This document shows, in pieces, positions 46,861-56,844 of a DNA stretch of 64,000 nt. The notes beneath the pieces were generated by a model, which worked only from the letters and a program-made list of their open reading frames with translations, had not been told where the DNA came from and searched no databases. The stretch is from a candidate division Kazan bacterium GW2011_GWA1_50_15. GTDB lineage: Bacteria > Patescibacteriota > Kazan-3B-28. Made by a program: the position numbers and the translations under genes. The stretch covers positions 6,903 through 70,902 of the forward strand of contig CP011216.1 in assembly GCA_001029795.1 (NCBI GenBank). The letters are read 5' to 3'. Numbering within the stretch: the stretch's first letter is position 1; every line of letters starts with the position of its first letter.

Positions 46861-47822
46861 CGCCGTCTTCGGTTATGGAATGCACTATGCACCTCTCTAA
46901 GCTGTTTGTTGGTGATGTGGGTGTAAACCTGCGTAGTGGTGATAGAGGCGTGACCGAGGAGGGCTTGGACCGAACGGATGTCGGCGCCGTTGATCAGAAG
47001 ATCGGTGGCATAGGAGTGACGCAGAGTGTGGGGTGTCACTTTTTTAACGATACCGGCCTTGGTGGCATATTTTTGGATAATGCGCTGAACCGAGCGAGGA
47101 GTCAGATTTTCAGCGTTGGTGTTAGTGCCGTGTGAGATAAAGACAAATTCGTTATTGTCTTTGCGTTTGTCCAGATAGCGATGCAGGGCGGCTTTGGCGT
47201 CGTTGGAGAGGAAGACCACCCGTGGTTTGTCGCCTTTGCCCCGCACCATAAACTCGCCGCGGTCGAGATTGATCTTGTCGCGGGTGAGGGAGGTAAGTTC
47301 GGATACCCGCAAGCCGGTGGAGAAGAGGGTTTCGAGAATAGCCGTGTCGCGCAGATTTTGTAGGCGGTCAGTTTGCGGAACAGCAGCCAAAATATCTTCT
47401 ACCTCTCGCGCGTCCAAAAACTCGACCGTCCGCTCAGGGATCTTGCTCAATTCGATCTTTTCAGCTGATAGAGTTTTAATATCCTGTTTGGCCAAAAACT
47501 TGAGGAAGGCCCGCAAGGCGATGACATGATAGTTTTGAGTGACTAGTTTTAATGGTCGGCCGTCGCCATCAGTGGTGCGATTTAAATACAACCGGTATTT
47601 GCGTACCAGGGGCAGGGTGATATGGGCAGGAGAGGGGACACCGCCGGACTCTTTGGCAAATTCTAAAAACCGCCGCAGGTAGTGATCATAGTTGCGTAGG
47701 GTCTTGGGACTGCGGTTTTTCTCGATCTCCAAATAGTCGAGAAAATCAGTCAGATGATCTTTTAATGTCACCACAATTATTATTGTACGACATTTCCAAG
47801 CAACGCCTCCGCCGCGTTGCAT
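46857..47822 (-). CDS. Tyrosine site-specific recombinase, XerC/XerD family
   Basis: R...HTLRHSYATDLL...LLGHASITTTQVYTH catalytic box. The listed ORF may include a spurious N-terminal extension. Confidence 0.8.
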   Translation of the reverse strand: MQRGGGVAWKCRTIIIVVTLKDHLTDFLDYLEIEKNRSPKTLRNYDHYLRRFLEFAKESGGVPSPAHITLPLVRKYRLYLNRTTDGDGRPLKLVTQNYHVIALRAFLKFLAKQDIKTLSAEKIELSKIPERTVEFLDAREVEDILAAVPQTDRLQNLRDTAILETLFSTGLRVSELTSLTRDKINLDRGEFMVRGKGDKPRVVFLSNDAKAALHRYLDKRKDNNEFVFISHGTNTNAENLTPRSVQRIIQKYATKAGIVKKVTPHTLRHSYATDLLINGADIRSVQALLGHASITTTQVYTHITNKQLREVHSAFHNRRRR

Positions 47823-47824
47823 CG

Positions 47825-47995
47825 GCGGTTACTTTCCTCTTGGGGAAAGTAACCAAAGCCGTGGCCCTGTTCGCTCGGTCTAAATAAAGAGCCAAATCTC
47901 CTTGGCGTTCTCGCCGAACTCGCCTTCGGCTCAAACATGCGGCTCCACCCCAGGAGATTTGGCTATTCATGAACGACCTCGCTCCAAAGGGCCGA
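47825..47995. repeat. Intergenic structured repeat, copy B (partner at 53978-54155); candidate ncRNA
   Basis: About 75% identical to copy A in the same orientation. Hairpin ggttactttcc/ggaaagtaacc, then inverted repeat gccaaatctcc (47891-47901) / ggagatttggc (47953-47963). Copy A has compensatory changes. Confidence 0.5.
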
Positions 47996-48006
47996 GTGGG
48001 GAATAC

Positions 48007-49062
48007 TTATCGGGGGAGGTAGGAGAGTGGGTTGAGGGGAGTGCCGTTGTAGCGTATCTCGAAGTGGAGATGAGGGCCAGTCGAGCGGCCGGTGGAGCCC
48101 ATAATCCCGATAAGCTGACCTTGTTGGACATAGTCGCCCGAGTTGACTTTGAATTGGCTTAAGTGGGCATAGCGGGTGACCCAACCATTGCCGTGGTTGA
48201 TGTCGATATAGTTGCCGTACCCGCCGCGGACCGAGTAAGTGCGGACGATGCCAGCCGCTGAAGCGTAGATACCCCAGCCGTTCAGCCGGTTTAAGTCGAG
48301 CGCCTTGTGATAGGCCCGATAACCTTGGGAGATAAAGTGAGTCGGGGATTCAAGCGGCCAGATGAACTGCCCGGTTCCAGAGGTAGGATTGAAGTTAGGC
48401 AAACCTTGAATGTTGCCCGACGGTACGTATTGGCTGCCGCCGGAGGATTTGGGCGCTACCATGCCGGGGATCAAAAGTTCCTGACCGGAAAAGATGGGCG
48501 CATTTTGATCAATGGCATTGTATTTGACAATGTCGGCCACGTTGACTTTGTACCGCTTGGCGATGGTACTCAAGGTATCATTTTTGTTGACGGTGATATA
48601 GATACCGTCAATCGGAGGGATCTTTAGTTTTTGTTCAGCGGTGAGGCCGTTGCCGGTGAGCTTGTTAGCATACCGCAGGGTATCGGGGCCAAGACCGAAG
48701 TCACGGGCGACAGAGGAGACCGATTCGCCGGGCTTAACTTCGTAGACGATAGTTTCATGACGCGAGTTGCGAGAGATGATGGTTTCAGTGGCACCAGTTT
48801 TGAAGATGTAGTCACCGTTGTCGCCAACTGTGGTAATCACTTCGTCGTAAACGACGTCTTCATTGAAATATTCGGTCGAGGCCAACTCGGCTACGGTGCG
48901 ATAACGAACCCGTTCCTGGCCAACCTCGCCACCGACTGCTACGGCGGCAGGGCGAGGGATCAGACCAGAGAAGATGACCGTAATGGCCAGCGTAACAATA
49001 GCCCAGTGACTGCCAAAACTGTTGAGTGAACGGTAGATGGGCTTGAACGAGAGGCGAGGCAT
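48007..49062 (-). CDS. M23 family metallopeptidase with two LysM domains
   Basis: LysM motifs YEVKPGESVSSVARDFG and ITVNKNDTLSTIAKRY. M23 motifs HGNGWVTRYAHL and GPHLHFEIR. Confidence 0.75.
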   Translation of the reverse strand: MPRLSFKPIYRSLNSFGSHWAIVTLAITVIFSGLIPRPAAVAVGGEVGQERVRYRTVAELASTEYFNEDVVYDEVITTVGDNGDYIFKTGATETIISRNSRHETIVYEVKPGESVSSVARDFGLGPDTLRYANKLTGNGLTAEQKLKIPPIDGIYITVNKNDTLSTIAKRYKVNVADIVKYNAIDQNAPIFSGQELLIPGMVAPKSSGGSQYVPSGNIQGLPNFNPTSGTGQFIWPLESPTHFISQGYRAYHKALDLNRLNGWGIYASAAGIVRTYSVRGGYGNYIDINHGNGWVTRYAHLSQFKVNSGDYVQQGQLIGIMGSTGRSTGPHLHFEIRYNGTPLNPLSYLPR

Positions 49063-49375
49063 CGGAATGTGTTTCAGGGTCGATAAATCCAGGCCGCGGA
49101 GCGACCTGGTGAGTTTGGCACGAGTTGCCTTGGCGAGACCGGTATGAGTTGGGGTCTGACGCCTAGTTGTATCTCGTCTGGTCTTTAGGCGGTCTGACAG
49201 CTTGGTGAAACGAGATGGTTTGTCGGTACTAATGACGGTGTCATTTAGTGGTATGACGGGGTTTATGTAACCCCCCTGAAACCAAAAAGAGCTCCTACGA
49301 TAAGCGCTCTAGAACCTTTATAATCCTACCAAAAACCCCACATTTGTCAAGGTGGAGGAGGACCGCACGAATGGT

Positions 49376-50377
49376 CTACGCCGAGACCACGGTGAGCCTA
49401 ATTAATCTGTCAAATCGGCTGGTATTGCCGGCCAGGTCAGTAGCTGTTAGCGAGATGGAGTATGTTCCGGGTTGTTCTGGGGCTGGCAGGGTGCCGGTGA
49501 ATATACTGGAGTCATTATGGTCAAATAGTTCGAACGATCTACCTTCCAGCTCGGCTACCACTTTGGCGGTGTTGAGAGAGCTAGGTACGAACAGACCGAA
49601 ACTTTCTCCAGCGATGGGACGGCTGGGGACCAGACGAATGTTAGCGGTATCTAGTTTGACGGGGGCGGTCTGGACCGTGATGGTGACCAAGTTGCTTACT
49701 GGACTACTTATCCCTAGGTCGCTTACAGCTACGGCTGAGAGGGTATGCTGACCATTGTAGAGAGGCTCATCGAGATGAACTCTGAACTGACCGTTAGCGT
49801 CGGTATGGGTAGTGGTGTTAACGGTTCCGTTATTAGTAATAATGATCTTTATGTTAGGCAGCCCGGTACCTACAACCTCTGGTTTAGGAGTATCAATGGC
49901 GACGCCGTCGGGCGGGCTGGTGAGAACTGGGGTAGCTGGGATGGTTGCTTCTGCTAACGTGATAGTGACGGTTTGCTCGATCGAACCTGACTTGATCAAG
50001 ATCAGGGTCTTGCCAGTTGTTGTACCTGCGGTGTAGGTAAAGATATAGGGTTGGTCAGCCGAGGGAGTGCGGGCGATATTTCCATCTCCCTGGATCAGGC
50101 TAGCGGTAACGGTTTGACGAGAACGGGTGGGCGTAACGGTGATCACGGCTTGGCTTTGGCCATCGGCCGGGAGCGTGTCGCGATCCACTTTGACCACTAG
50201 ATTCCAGCCCAAGACTCGAGTAAGAGTCTGGTTGATCTGGGAGAATACTTGGCGTCCGCTAATCCCACTTTGAGCAACGGCCACGATCGATCCAACGATA
50301 ACTATGACCACTGCCAAAGCGATGGCGGAGTAAAGTATGGGGCTGGGCTGAAACCGCGGAGGTTTAATTATCGGCAT
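49376..50377 (-). CDS. Hypothetical secreted/anchored protein with Ig-like repeats
   Basis: N-terminal TM/signal, Thr/Val-rich beta-strand repeats (TVTITL, VTITV). Confidence 0.4.
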   Translation of the reverse strand: MPIIKPPRFQPSPILYSAIALAVVIVIVGSIVAVAQSGISGRQVFSQINQTLTRVLGWNLVVKVDRDTLPADGQSQAVITVTPTRSRQTVTASLIQGDGNIARTPSADQPYIFTYTAGTTTGKTLILIKSGSIEQTVTITLAEATIPATPVLTSPPDGVAIDTPKPEVVGTGLPNIKIIITNNGTVNTTTHTDANGQFRVHLDEPLYNGQHTLSAVAVSDLGISSPVSNLVTITVQTAPVKLDTANIRLVPSRPIAGESFGLFVPSSLNTAKVVAELEGRSFELFDHNDSSIFTGTLPAPEQPGTYSISLTATDLAGNTSRFDRLIRLTVVSA

Positions 50378-50482
50378 GCGTCCATATTGTAGCGGTATCG
50401 TAAGCCTGTGAGCAATTGTATTTGCTCCATCTGTTTTGTGCTATATTATGGATACGTATAACAAGCACTAATTATTTTTGAT

Positions 50483-51907
50483 ATGGTCAGGATCAAAGAG
50501 GATTCACCCGGTCGATCGGTAAAGGTAACTAAACCAGAAATGGCACGCAAGTCTCAGCCAGCCGAGCCAGAGGTGTCGGCGGGAGCTAGCCGGTTGCGGC
50601 GATCACAACGGGGGCGGTCAGCCCGCCGGGGGATTTTTGCCACTATTTTGATCATTCTGTTATTGGGAGTAGGTTGGTTTACTGCTCGGGCCGCATTGGT
50701 CTGGCTCAATATTGATACCGGCAGCGGTTTCCTGGCCACCCTATTTAATATCAAAAGCACTAAGTTGATCGGCGAAGAAGATGGCAGGGTTAACTTCTTG
50801 TTGATGGGGAACCCCGGAGGCATGGATAACGACGGTCCGAACCTGACCGATACGATCATGTTGGCCAGCTACAACTCAACCGATAAGTACCTGCATCTAT
50901 TTTCGATCCCACGCGATCTCTACACTAATCTTGATGGCTACGGGATGACCAAAGCCAACGCGGTCTACGAGTTGGGTGATTCCAAGTTCAGTGATGGTTC
51001 AGGTACGGCTTTGAAGACGTTCGGAGATCTACTGGGTGTAACGATACCGTACTACGTCAAAATTGATTTTGACGGCTTTAAACAAGCAGTTGACGAGTTG
51101 GGTGGTGTGACGGTTGAGGTTAAGAAGGATCTTCTGGATACGCAGTACCCTGACGGGAATAAGGGTTATGTTACGGTTGATATCAAGGCCGGGACATACA
51201 CTATGGATGGCGAGATGGCATTAAAGTATGCCAGATCGCGCCAGAGTACTTCGGACTTTGATCGGGCCCGGCGGCAGCAGCAGATCCTGGTGGCGCTCAG
51301 AGATAAGGCCAAGGAGCTTGATCTGCTCACTTCTCCGACTAAGCTACTGGATATCGCCGGGATAGTCCAAGACCACTTCTCGACCAATCTGACCAACCCG
51401 GAGATGGGGCGTCTGTTGCAGCTATTGTCGGACTTTGACAGCACTCAGATCACGAACAAGGTCTTTGACGACAGTCCGGCCGGCGGGTTATACGGGACCA
51501 AAGTTGACGGTCTGTTCGTACTGAAGCCGGTTGGTGACGACTACAACAAACTGAAAGAGATGGTTGAGGCAGCTCTAGCGACTACCATGCCGGGTACAGA
51601 ACAGCCGGTTGAGGACGCAGTGACAACTCCGTTAAAAGTTGAGGTGCTCAATGGTACTAACGTTACTGGTTTGGCTGGCAAGATAGCAGCGACCTTAAAG
51701 ACGGGTGGATTCGATGTGGTCAAGACGGGTAACAACGCGACCAAAGGATTTACCGACTCCATTATTTATGACGGCACGGGGGGCACGCGGCCTAACGCGA
51801 TCCGGCAATTAGTAGAACTGACCGGCGCGACCTTGAGCACGGAAACGGTTACCCTGTCGGCCGGCGCTGAGGTGCGGTTGGTCGTGGGTGAATCGGCCAA
51901 CAAGTAA
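50483..51907 (+). CDS. LytR-CpsA-Psr (LCP) family protein with C-terminal LytR_C domain
   Basis: RVNFLLMGNPGGMDNDGPNLTDTIMLASYN...FSIPRDLY is the LCP core. N-terminal TM. Confidence 0.7.
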   Translation: MVRIKEDSPGRSVKVTKPEMARKSQPAEPEVSAGASRLRRSQRGRSARRGIFATILIILLLGVGWFTARAALVWLNIDTGSGFLATLFNIKSTKLIGEEDGRVNFLLMGNPGGMDNDGPNLTDTIMLASYNSTDKYLHLFSIPRDLYTNLDGYGMTKANAVYELGDSKFSDGSGTALKTFGDLLGVTIPYYVKIDFDGFKQAVDELGGVTVEVKKDLLDTQYPDGNKGYVTVDIKAGTYTMDGEMALKYARSRQSTSDFDRARRQQQILVALRDKAKELDLLTSPTKLLDIAGIVQDHFSTNLTNPEMGRLLQLLSDFDSTQITNKVFDDSPAGGLYGTKVDGLFVLKPVGDDYNKLKEMVEAALATTMPGTEQPVEDAVTTPLKVEVLNGTNVTGLAGKIAATLKTGGFDVVKTGNNATKGFTDSIIYDGTGGTRPNAIRQLVELTGATLSTETVTLSAGAEVRLVVGESANK

Positions 51908-51916
51908 CCCCTGCAC

Positions 51917-52702
51917 ATGCAAACAATCGGTGCTTGGCTCTGGGACAATCGTAAAAGCTTAATTACCACGGCGCTCTTCGGGGCGCTGTTGGAGTTGTTG
52001 TTTTTCTTCCCGGTTTATCTCACCTGGTGGTTGGTTGGCTTAACGATAATTTTATTAGTGGGAGTATGGTGGCTGGCTAGTTTTACCAGAGCCTGGCGAC
52101 GTTGGTGGTGGCTGTGGGCGGAGGCTATCTGGGTGGTGGTCGGCGGGTTGGGTTTGGTGGTGTTTAGTCTGCTGAATATGTGGCAGTTCCAAGCGATCAC
52201 ACTGGGGATAGTGTTGGTGCTGTTGGCTTTACTGCATACCTATGATAAATATCTCCAGACGGGGAGTTGGTCAGTAAAATCTTTCTCGCTTTTGAGTTTT
52301 CTTGATCTGGTGGCGTTCTTCGCCGCTGGAGCTGCCATATTAACGGCTACCGACTTCTATAATTTAGACCCGGCCTGGCTCATGCTGGCTTATCTGGGAC
52401 AGGTGATCTTGGCAGCTAACTTACGATTCTGGCGGGAGGAGGTGGTGAGTGTCCGGAAATGGTTTTATGTGCTAGTGACGGCCGTAGTGGTAGAAGAATT
52501 GCTTTGGGTTATCGCTTCGTGGCATCGGGGGGTCTACCTGAAATCATTCTTGCTGGCCATGATCTTCTACGTGTTCCTGGACTTTATTTTGCACTACAGC
52601 CGAGGGACGCTGACGATTAAGGTGGTAGTTGAGTATGCCAGTCTGGTCGCGTTCCTGCTGGTGGCTATCTTTGTTTTTGACTGGCTGCTGATCTTGCAGT
52701 AA
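51917..52702 (+). CDS. Hypothetical polytopic membrane protein
   Basis: Multi-TM ORF. Confidence 0.35.
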   Translation: MQTIGAWLWDNRKSLITTALFGALLELLFFFPVYLTWWLVGLTIILLVGVWWLASFTRAWRRWWWLWAEAIWVVVGGLGLVVFSLLNMWQFQAITLGIVLVLLALLHTYDKYLQTGSWSVKSFSLLSFLDLVAFFAAGAAILTATDFYNLDPAWLMLAYLGQVILAANLRFWREEVVSVRKWFYVLVTAVVVEELLWVIASWHRGVYLKSFLLAMIFYVFLDFILHYSRGTLTIKVVVEYASLVAFLLVAIFVFDWLLILQ

Positions 52703-52763
52703 TACTTATACGGTAATTGCGGATACATAGTAATATAGCGATATGCCTAATTGAGGTATTTTT

Positions 52764-53939
52764 ATGGACTTAAATCAATTTGATCGGGCGAACCTGGGCC
52801 TGAAGGTAAAGCGGTTCGACTGGAAACAACTGGGGATGTTGGTAGTAGCTGGGGCGGTCGGAGGGGTGATGACTTTATCTGGCTGGCTCTGGTTGGGGCC
52901 CGAAACCACTGTGCCAGGGAATAATACGGCTGCGGCGGACAGTACGATCCAGCCAGGCGGCGGCAGTACATTAGTCCAAAATTCGCCTACGGTTGAGAGC
53001 GCGGTCAAACAAGTTTTGCCGGCTGTGGTTGCTATTACTAGTAAAGACAAAGTGCAGAGCTTCTTTGGCGGAACCTACACCCAGACGGGCGGCGGGTCCG
53101 GGTTCGTTGTCAGGCAGGACGGTCTGGTAGTAACTAATAAACACGTGGTGAGTTCGACTACCGCGACCTATACAGTGACGACATCGGCTGGCAAAACCTA
53201 TTCGGCTTCGGTAGTGTCGCGCGACCCGGCGGCTGACTTGGCGTTGATCAAAATCAATGCCAGCAATCTGACTGTGGCGAGTTTGGGCGACTCCAGCAAA
53301 CTATCACTGGGCCAAGATGTGATTGCGATCGGTAACACTTTGGGCGAATATCAGAACACGGTGACTACCGGAGTGATTAGCGGGCTGAACCGGAGTATCA
53401 CGGCAGGAAACGGTTATGGCAGCAGCGAAAGCTTAACCGGGATGATCCAGACCGATGCGGCCATCAACCCAGGCAACTCGGGCGGGCCGTTGATCAATTT
53501 GAGCGGTGAAGTAGTTGGGATTAACACGGCCATCGACGCGCAGGGGCAATCGGTAGGGTTCGCTATCCCTATCAACAGCGTCCGCAGTCAGATCCAAATC
53601 GTGGCGGCGGGTGGGACTATCTCCCGTCCGCAACTGGGCGTTCGGTATGTGCCGGTCACGGCCGATTTGGCCACCGCTAATAAATTAAGCGCTAAAACCG
53701 GCGCTCTGGTAGTGCACGGGAGTGGGATAGGGGATGTGGCGGTAACGGCCGGTGGTCCGGCGGACTTAGCCGGGATTAAAGAAGGGGATATTATTGTTTC
53801 GATCAATGGTGAGAAAATCATCGAGACCAACGACCTGGGCACGGTAATTCAAAAGTATAAACCAGGCGATAGCGTGGCGGTAGTTTTAAATCGGCAGGGG
53901 CAAGTTAAGACGGTGAGTGTAAGGTTGGGGACAATGTAA
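52764..53939 (+). CDS. htrA: HtrA/DegP-family trypsin-like serine protease with PDZ domain
   Basis: Catalytic triad context VVTNKHVV...DLALIKI...GNSGGPL and a C-terminal PDZ. Confidence 0.85.
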   Translation: MDLNQFDRANLGLKVKRFDWKQLGMLVVAGAVGGVMTLSGWLWLGPETTVPGNNTAAADSTIQPGGGSTLVQNSPTVESAVKQVLPAVVAITSKDKVQSFFGGTYTQTGGGSGFVVRQDGLVVTNKHVVSSTTATYTVTTSAGKTYSASVVSRDPAADLALIKINASNLTVASLGDSSKLSLGQDVIAIGNTLGEYQNTVTTGVISGLNRSITAGNGYGSSESLTGMIQTDAAINPGNSGGPLINLSGEVVGINTAIDAQGQSVGFAIPINSVRSQIQIVAAGGTISRPQLGVRYVPVTADLATANKLSAKTGALVVHGSGIGDVAVTAGGPADLAGIKEGDIIVSINGEKIIETNDLGTVIQKYKPGDSVAVVLNRQGQVKTVSVRLGTM

Positions 53940-53977
53940 TTATTTTTTCAAGCGCCAAATTGCGCTTAACCAATTGC

Positions 53978-54155
53978 TACTTTTGTCTTGCCAAAAGTAG
54001 CCAAAAGCGTGGCCCTGGCGGCTCCGGTTCTATTTATTGGCTAAATCCACTTTCCGTTAATGGTCGAAACTCGTCGGCCTAAAGTCCTCCTCAAACATCT
54101 CCCCGCAGCGAGGATTTAGCTCAATTCAGAACGAACCTACGCCGAAGGGCCGGCT
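53978..54155. repeat. Intergenic structured repeat, copy A (partner at 47825-47995); candidate ncRNA
   Basis: Hairpin ctacttttg/caaaagtag, inverted repeat gctaaatcc (54040-54048) / ggatttagc (54112-54120), shared blocks gtggccctg, ctcaaacat, aagggccg. Confidence 0.5.
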
Positions 54156-54210
54156 AAGAGCAAGAAAAAGACCCCCGGAGGGGTCTTAGTCGAGTCGGTC
54201 AACCTTGTTG

Positions 54211-54585
54211 CTATGAGAGAATTCCAATGGTGCAGAAGCTGTTTCTGGTTTCTCCGCTGCGGATATTAGTCCAATGACCTTCCCAGTCCCACTCAGAGTT
54301 ATTGAGCTTCTTGTGATACTCGTACTGGTAACCAACATCGGATAGCCCGAACCAGAATTTCATTGTCGTGGAAACGGAATCTGATGAGTAGGCCTTTTTG
54401 AAGCTTAACTTGTCTGCCCCAACATTTCCCTGAATAGCAGAGGCACCATAGCGATCACTGATCGTGCCACTGAATTCGCCGGTGTCTTCTGTGATTGTGA
54501 TTTCTCCAACAAAATCACTTCCTCCCAAACAGTCCTCATAGATGCCACGGATTTGGTAGCGCCTATGACATGTTGCGCCTTCCAT
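54211..54585 (-). CDS. Hypothetical protein, 124 aa (low-GC orphan)
   Basis: ORF in a locally AT-rich patch. Trp/Tyr/Gly-rich, possibly beta-rich. Confidence 0.3.
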   Translation of the reverse strand: MEGATCHRRYQIRGIYEDCLGGSDFVGEITITEDTGEFSGTISDRYGASAIQGNVGADKLSFKKAYSSDSVSTTMKFWFGLSDVGYQYEYHKKLNNSEWDWEGHWTNIRSGETRNSFCTIGILS

Positions 54586-54681
54586 CGCCAGTACCTCCTT
54601 TAAGGTTCAATTGGACGTTTCAGTGTATCATCTAAAACCCCACTTGTAAAAGTGGGGTTTTAGTGATAACCAAAAGTTTGA

Positions 54682-55377
54682 TTACTTCTTGTGGCCGACT
54701 TCTTTGCGAAGATCGTCCAACGTCTCAGAGGCGGTTTTCTGTCCACCCAAACCGAAGGCCAGACCACCAGCCAAAGCGATCATAAAGAAGATGGCAGTGA
54801 TCAACCGGTCAATGATGGAAGCCGCGATACCGAGCTGATTCAAGGCAACCAAGATAGTGAAGACATAGATCACCCACTTGGTCATCGCTCCCAAGAACTG
54901 GGCAGCCCGCACGCGGGCGGCGCCGATGGTGCCACGGACCACTCCAGCAAAGAAGTGAGCCGCCAACACGCCGATCAGTAGGATGGCGATAGCCACGAAC
55001 ACGTTCGGGATGTAAACCAAGATCTGATTTAAGAAATCAGTTACCCTGGACAGGCCCAAGATATCAGACGCAGCTAGGAAGGCGATCAACAAAATGGTCC
55101 ATCTTACTAGGTTGCCGATGACCTCAGATACTTCCAGGTCAACGCCGGACTTGTCGAAGAAAGTCTTGGCGCCGATCTTGTTCAGGGCCCCGTCGATTTT
55201 AAGTTGCTTGAAGATCTGGGTAACTAACCGGTCTAAGCCGGCGGCTACGATCCAACCGATTAGCAGGATGACGATTGCGCCAACCAGAGCCGGGAGGAAG
55301 AGCAAGAAGCGCCCCCAAATATCTTGCAACGGGTTCAGGACGGCATTGCCCCAAACTGTGAAAAGATTATCCGTCAT
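54682..55377 (-). CDS. TM-helix-repeat membrane protein (MscS-associated conserved TM helix family)
   Basis: Repeated ...I.LL.IG...A..L...V hydrophobic units, Lys-rich C-terminus. Confidence 0.45.
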   Translation of the reverse strand: MTDNLFTVWGNAVLNPLQDIWGRFLLFLPALVGAIVILLIGWIVAAGLDRLVTQIFKQLKIDGALNKIGAKTFFDKSGVDLEVSEVIGNLVRWTILLIAFLAASDILGLSRVTDFLNQILVYIPNVFVAIAILLIGVLAAHFFAGVVRGTIGAARVRAAQFLGAMTKWVIYVFTILVALNQLGIAASIIDRLITAIFFMIALAGGLAFGLGGQKTASETLDDLRKEVGHKK

Positions 55378-55528
55378 TACGATTCCTTTTGTTTAATTTA
55401 TATATACGCGTATAGATAAATCCGATTTGTTTTTCGACCCTATGTGCCAAGGGCTGCCGCCCAATTGACGACAACATTATAACCAAAAACTGTCCAAATC
55501 TCAACTTTGGAAGAGAGGATATCTGGTT

Positions 55529-55612
55529 TGGTGGGCGAGAGAGGAGTCGAACCTCCATGGGTTGCCCCGCTAGCTCCTAAAGCTAGTGCGTCTGCCGTTT
55601 CGCCACTCGCCC
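55529..55612 (-). tRNA. tRNA-Leu (anticodon TAG), class II with long variable arm
   Basis: Reverse complement gggcgagtggcgaaacggcagacgcactagctttTAGgagctagcggggcaacccatggaggttcgactcctctctcgcccacca. Confidence 0.8.
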
Positions 55613-55616
55613 GTTT

Positions 55617-56291
55617 TTAAACGTCGACTAGATTTTTCAATTGTTCGAATAACTTGTCGCCGATGCCCGGAACTTCTTGCAGTTCATCAATACTCTTATA
55701 GGGGCCGATTTGCAAGCGGTAATCCACGATGCGCTGGGCCAGCACCGGGCCGATGCCGGGCAGGAGCTCCAGTTCGGCGTTGTTGGCGGAGTTGATATTC
55801 ACCTTAGTTCCGCTCTCTGGCGTGAGATTGGTGGCCGGGACATAGACACTACCCGTCGGCACATAACTTTCACCGATTTTAGGAATGTATATTTTGCCGT
55901 GATTGGTTAGCTCCTGTGCTCGATTGATGGAGTGAGCGATGGTGTCCATGTCGGCACGCCGGTTAAATCCGCCGGCTGAGTTGATTGCGTCCTCGACGAT
56001 CTTTCCCGCGTCTAACCAATATACACCGGGTTTGACTACCGCGCCCGCAATGTCTACGACCAGTTTTCCGTTGGTTGTGGCGGCGGCCTCTGGCGCAGCA
56101 GTCGCGTCAGCGCTGCCAGCAGGTTTCACATCCGGTCCAGCCAAGGTACTTTTGGGAGGTGTAAGAATTAGATATACTCCCAAACTCAATACCAGTAACA
56201 AACCGCCAAAGATGTAGTAGCGGTATCTTTCGAACCAATCGGGCGGGTTATCCTCGGGCGTGGGTGTAAAAGGTGAGAGCAGTGTCTCCAT
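55617..56291 (-). CDS. comEA: Competence protein ComEA (tandem helix-hairpin-helix DNA-binding)
   Basis: C-terminal INSANNAELELLPGIGPVLAQRIVDYR...ELQEVPGIGDKLFEQLK HhH motifs, N-terminal TM. Start uncertain (the ORF is listed to 56345); it overlaps the rsmD 3' end. Confidence 0.7.
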   Translation of the reverse strand: METLLSPFTPTPEDNPPDWFERYRYYIFGGLLLVLSLGVYLILTPPKSTLAGPDVKPAGSADATAAPEAAATTNGKLVVDIAGAVVKPGVYWLDAGKIVEDAINSAGGFNRRADMDTIAHSINRAQELTNHGKIYIPKIGESYVPTGSVYVPATNLTPESGTKVNINSANNAELELLPGIGPVLAQRIVDYRLQIGPYKSIDELQEVPGIGDKLFEQLKNLVDV

Positions 56292-56778
56292 AGCGTTTGT
56301 TATTCCAAATGCGCAAATTAGGATTGGCCGGCGGCGGTTTGGCACTACTGTGTTCGATGACTAAAATGCCACCCTCGGCCAATAGGTTTTCCCAGCCGAT
56401 GATAGTAAGCTCATCTTCGTACCACGGGTCGGCAAAAATAATGTCGTATGGGTACTGGTTGGCGGGAATAAAATCTTCTACTAACATCATCCGCACAGCC
56501 GCCTTGTCTGCGATGCCGAGTTTGTTTAGATTTTGTTTGATCAGATTATAGTGGGCGCGGTCTTTTTCTATGAAGACGACGCGCGCCGCACCGCGGCTTA
56601 AGGCCTCGATACCGATTGCGCCGCTTCCGGCATAGAGCTCCAGAAAGTTGGCTCCAACGATTTTATCGCCCAGCACATCAAACACGGCCTTGCGCACCAT
56701 CTCCATCGCCGGTCGCAAGGTTGGCAGCGTATTGATGAGATGACCTTTAAATTGTCCGCTGGTAATTCGTAATTGCAC
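56248..56778 (-). CDS. rsmD: 16S rRNA (guanine966-N2)-methyltransferase RsmD
   Basis: LELYAGSGAIGIEALSRGA SAM motif and FADPWY (DPPY-like) motif. Confidence 0.7.
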   Translation of the reverse strand: MQLRITSGQFKGHLINTLPTLRPAMEMVRKAVFDVLGDKIVGANFLELYAGSGAIGIEALSRGAARVVFIEKDRAHYNLIKQNLNKLGIADKAAVRMMLVEDFIPANQYPYDIIFADPWYEDELTIIGWENLLAEGGILVIEHSSAKPPPANPNLRIWNNKRYGDTALTFYTHARG

Positions 56779-56844
56779 GATTGAATTATGAATTAGGAAT
56801 CATGAATTATGGGGTAAAATCTTCATACTTGATAATTCCTGTTT

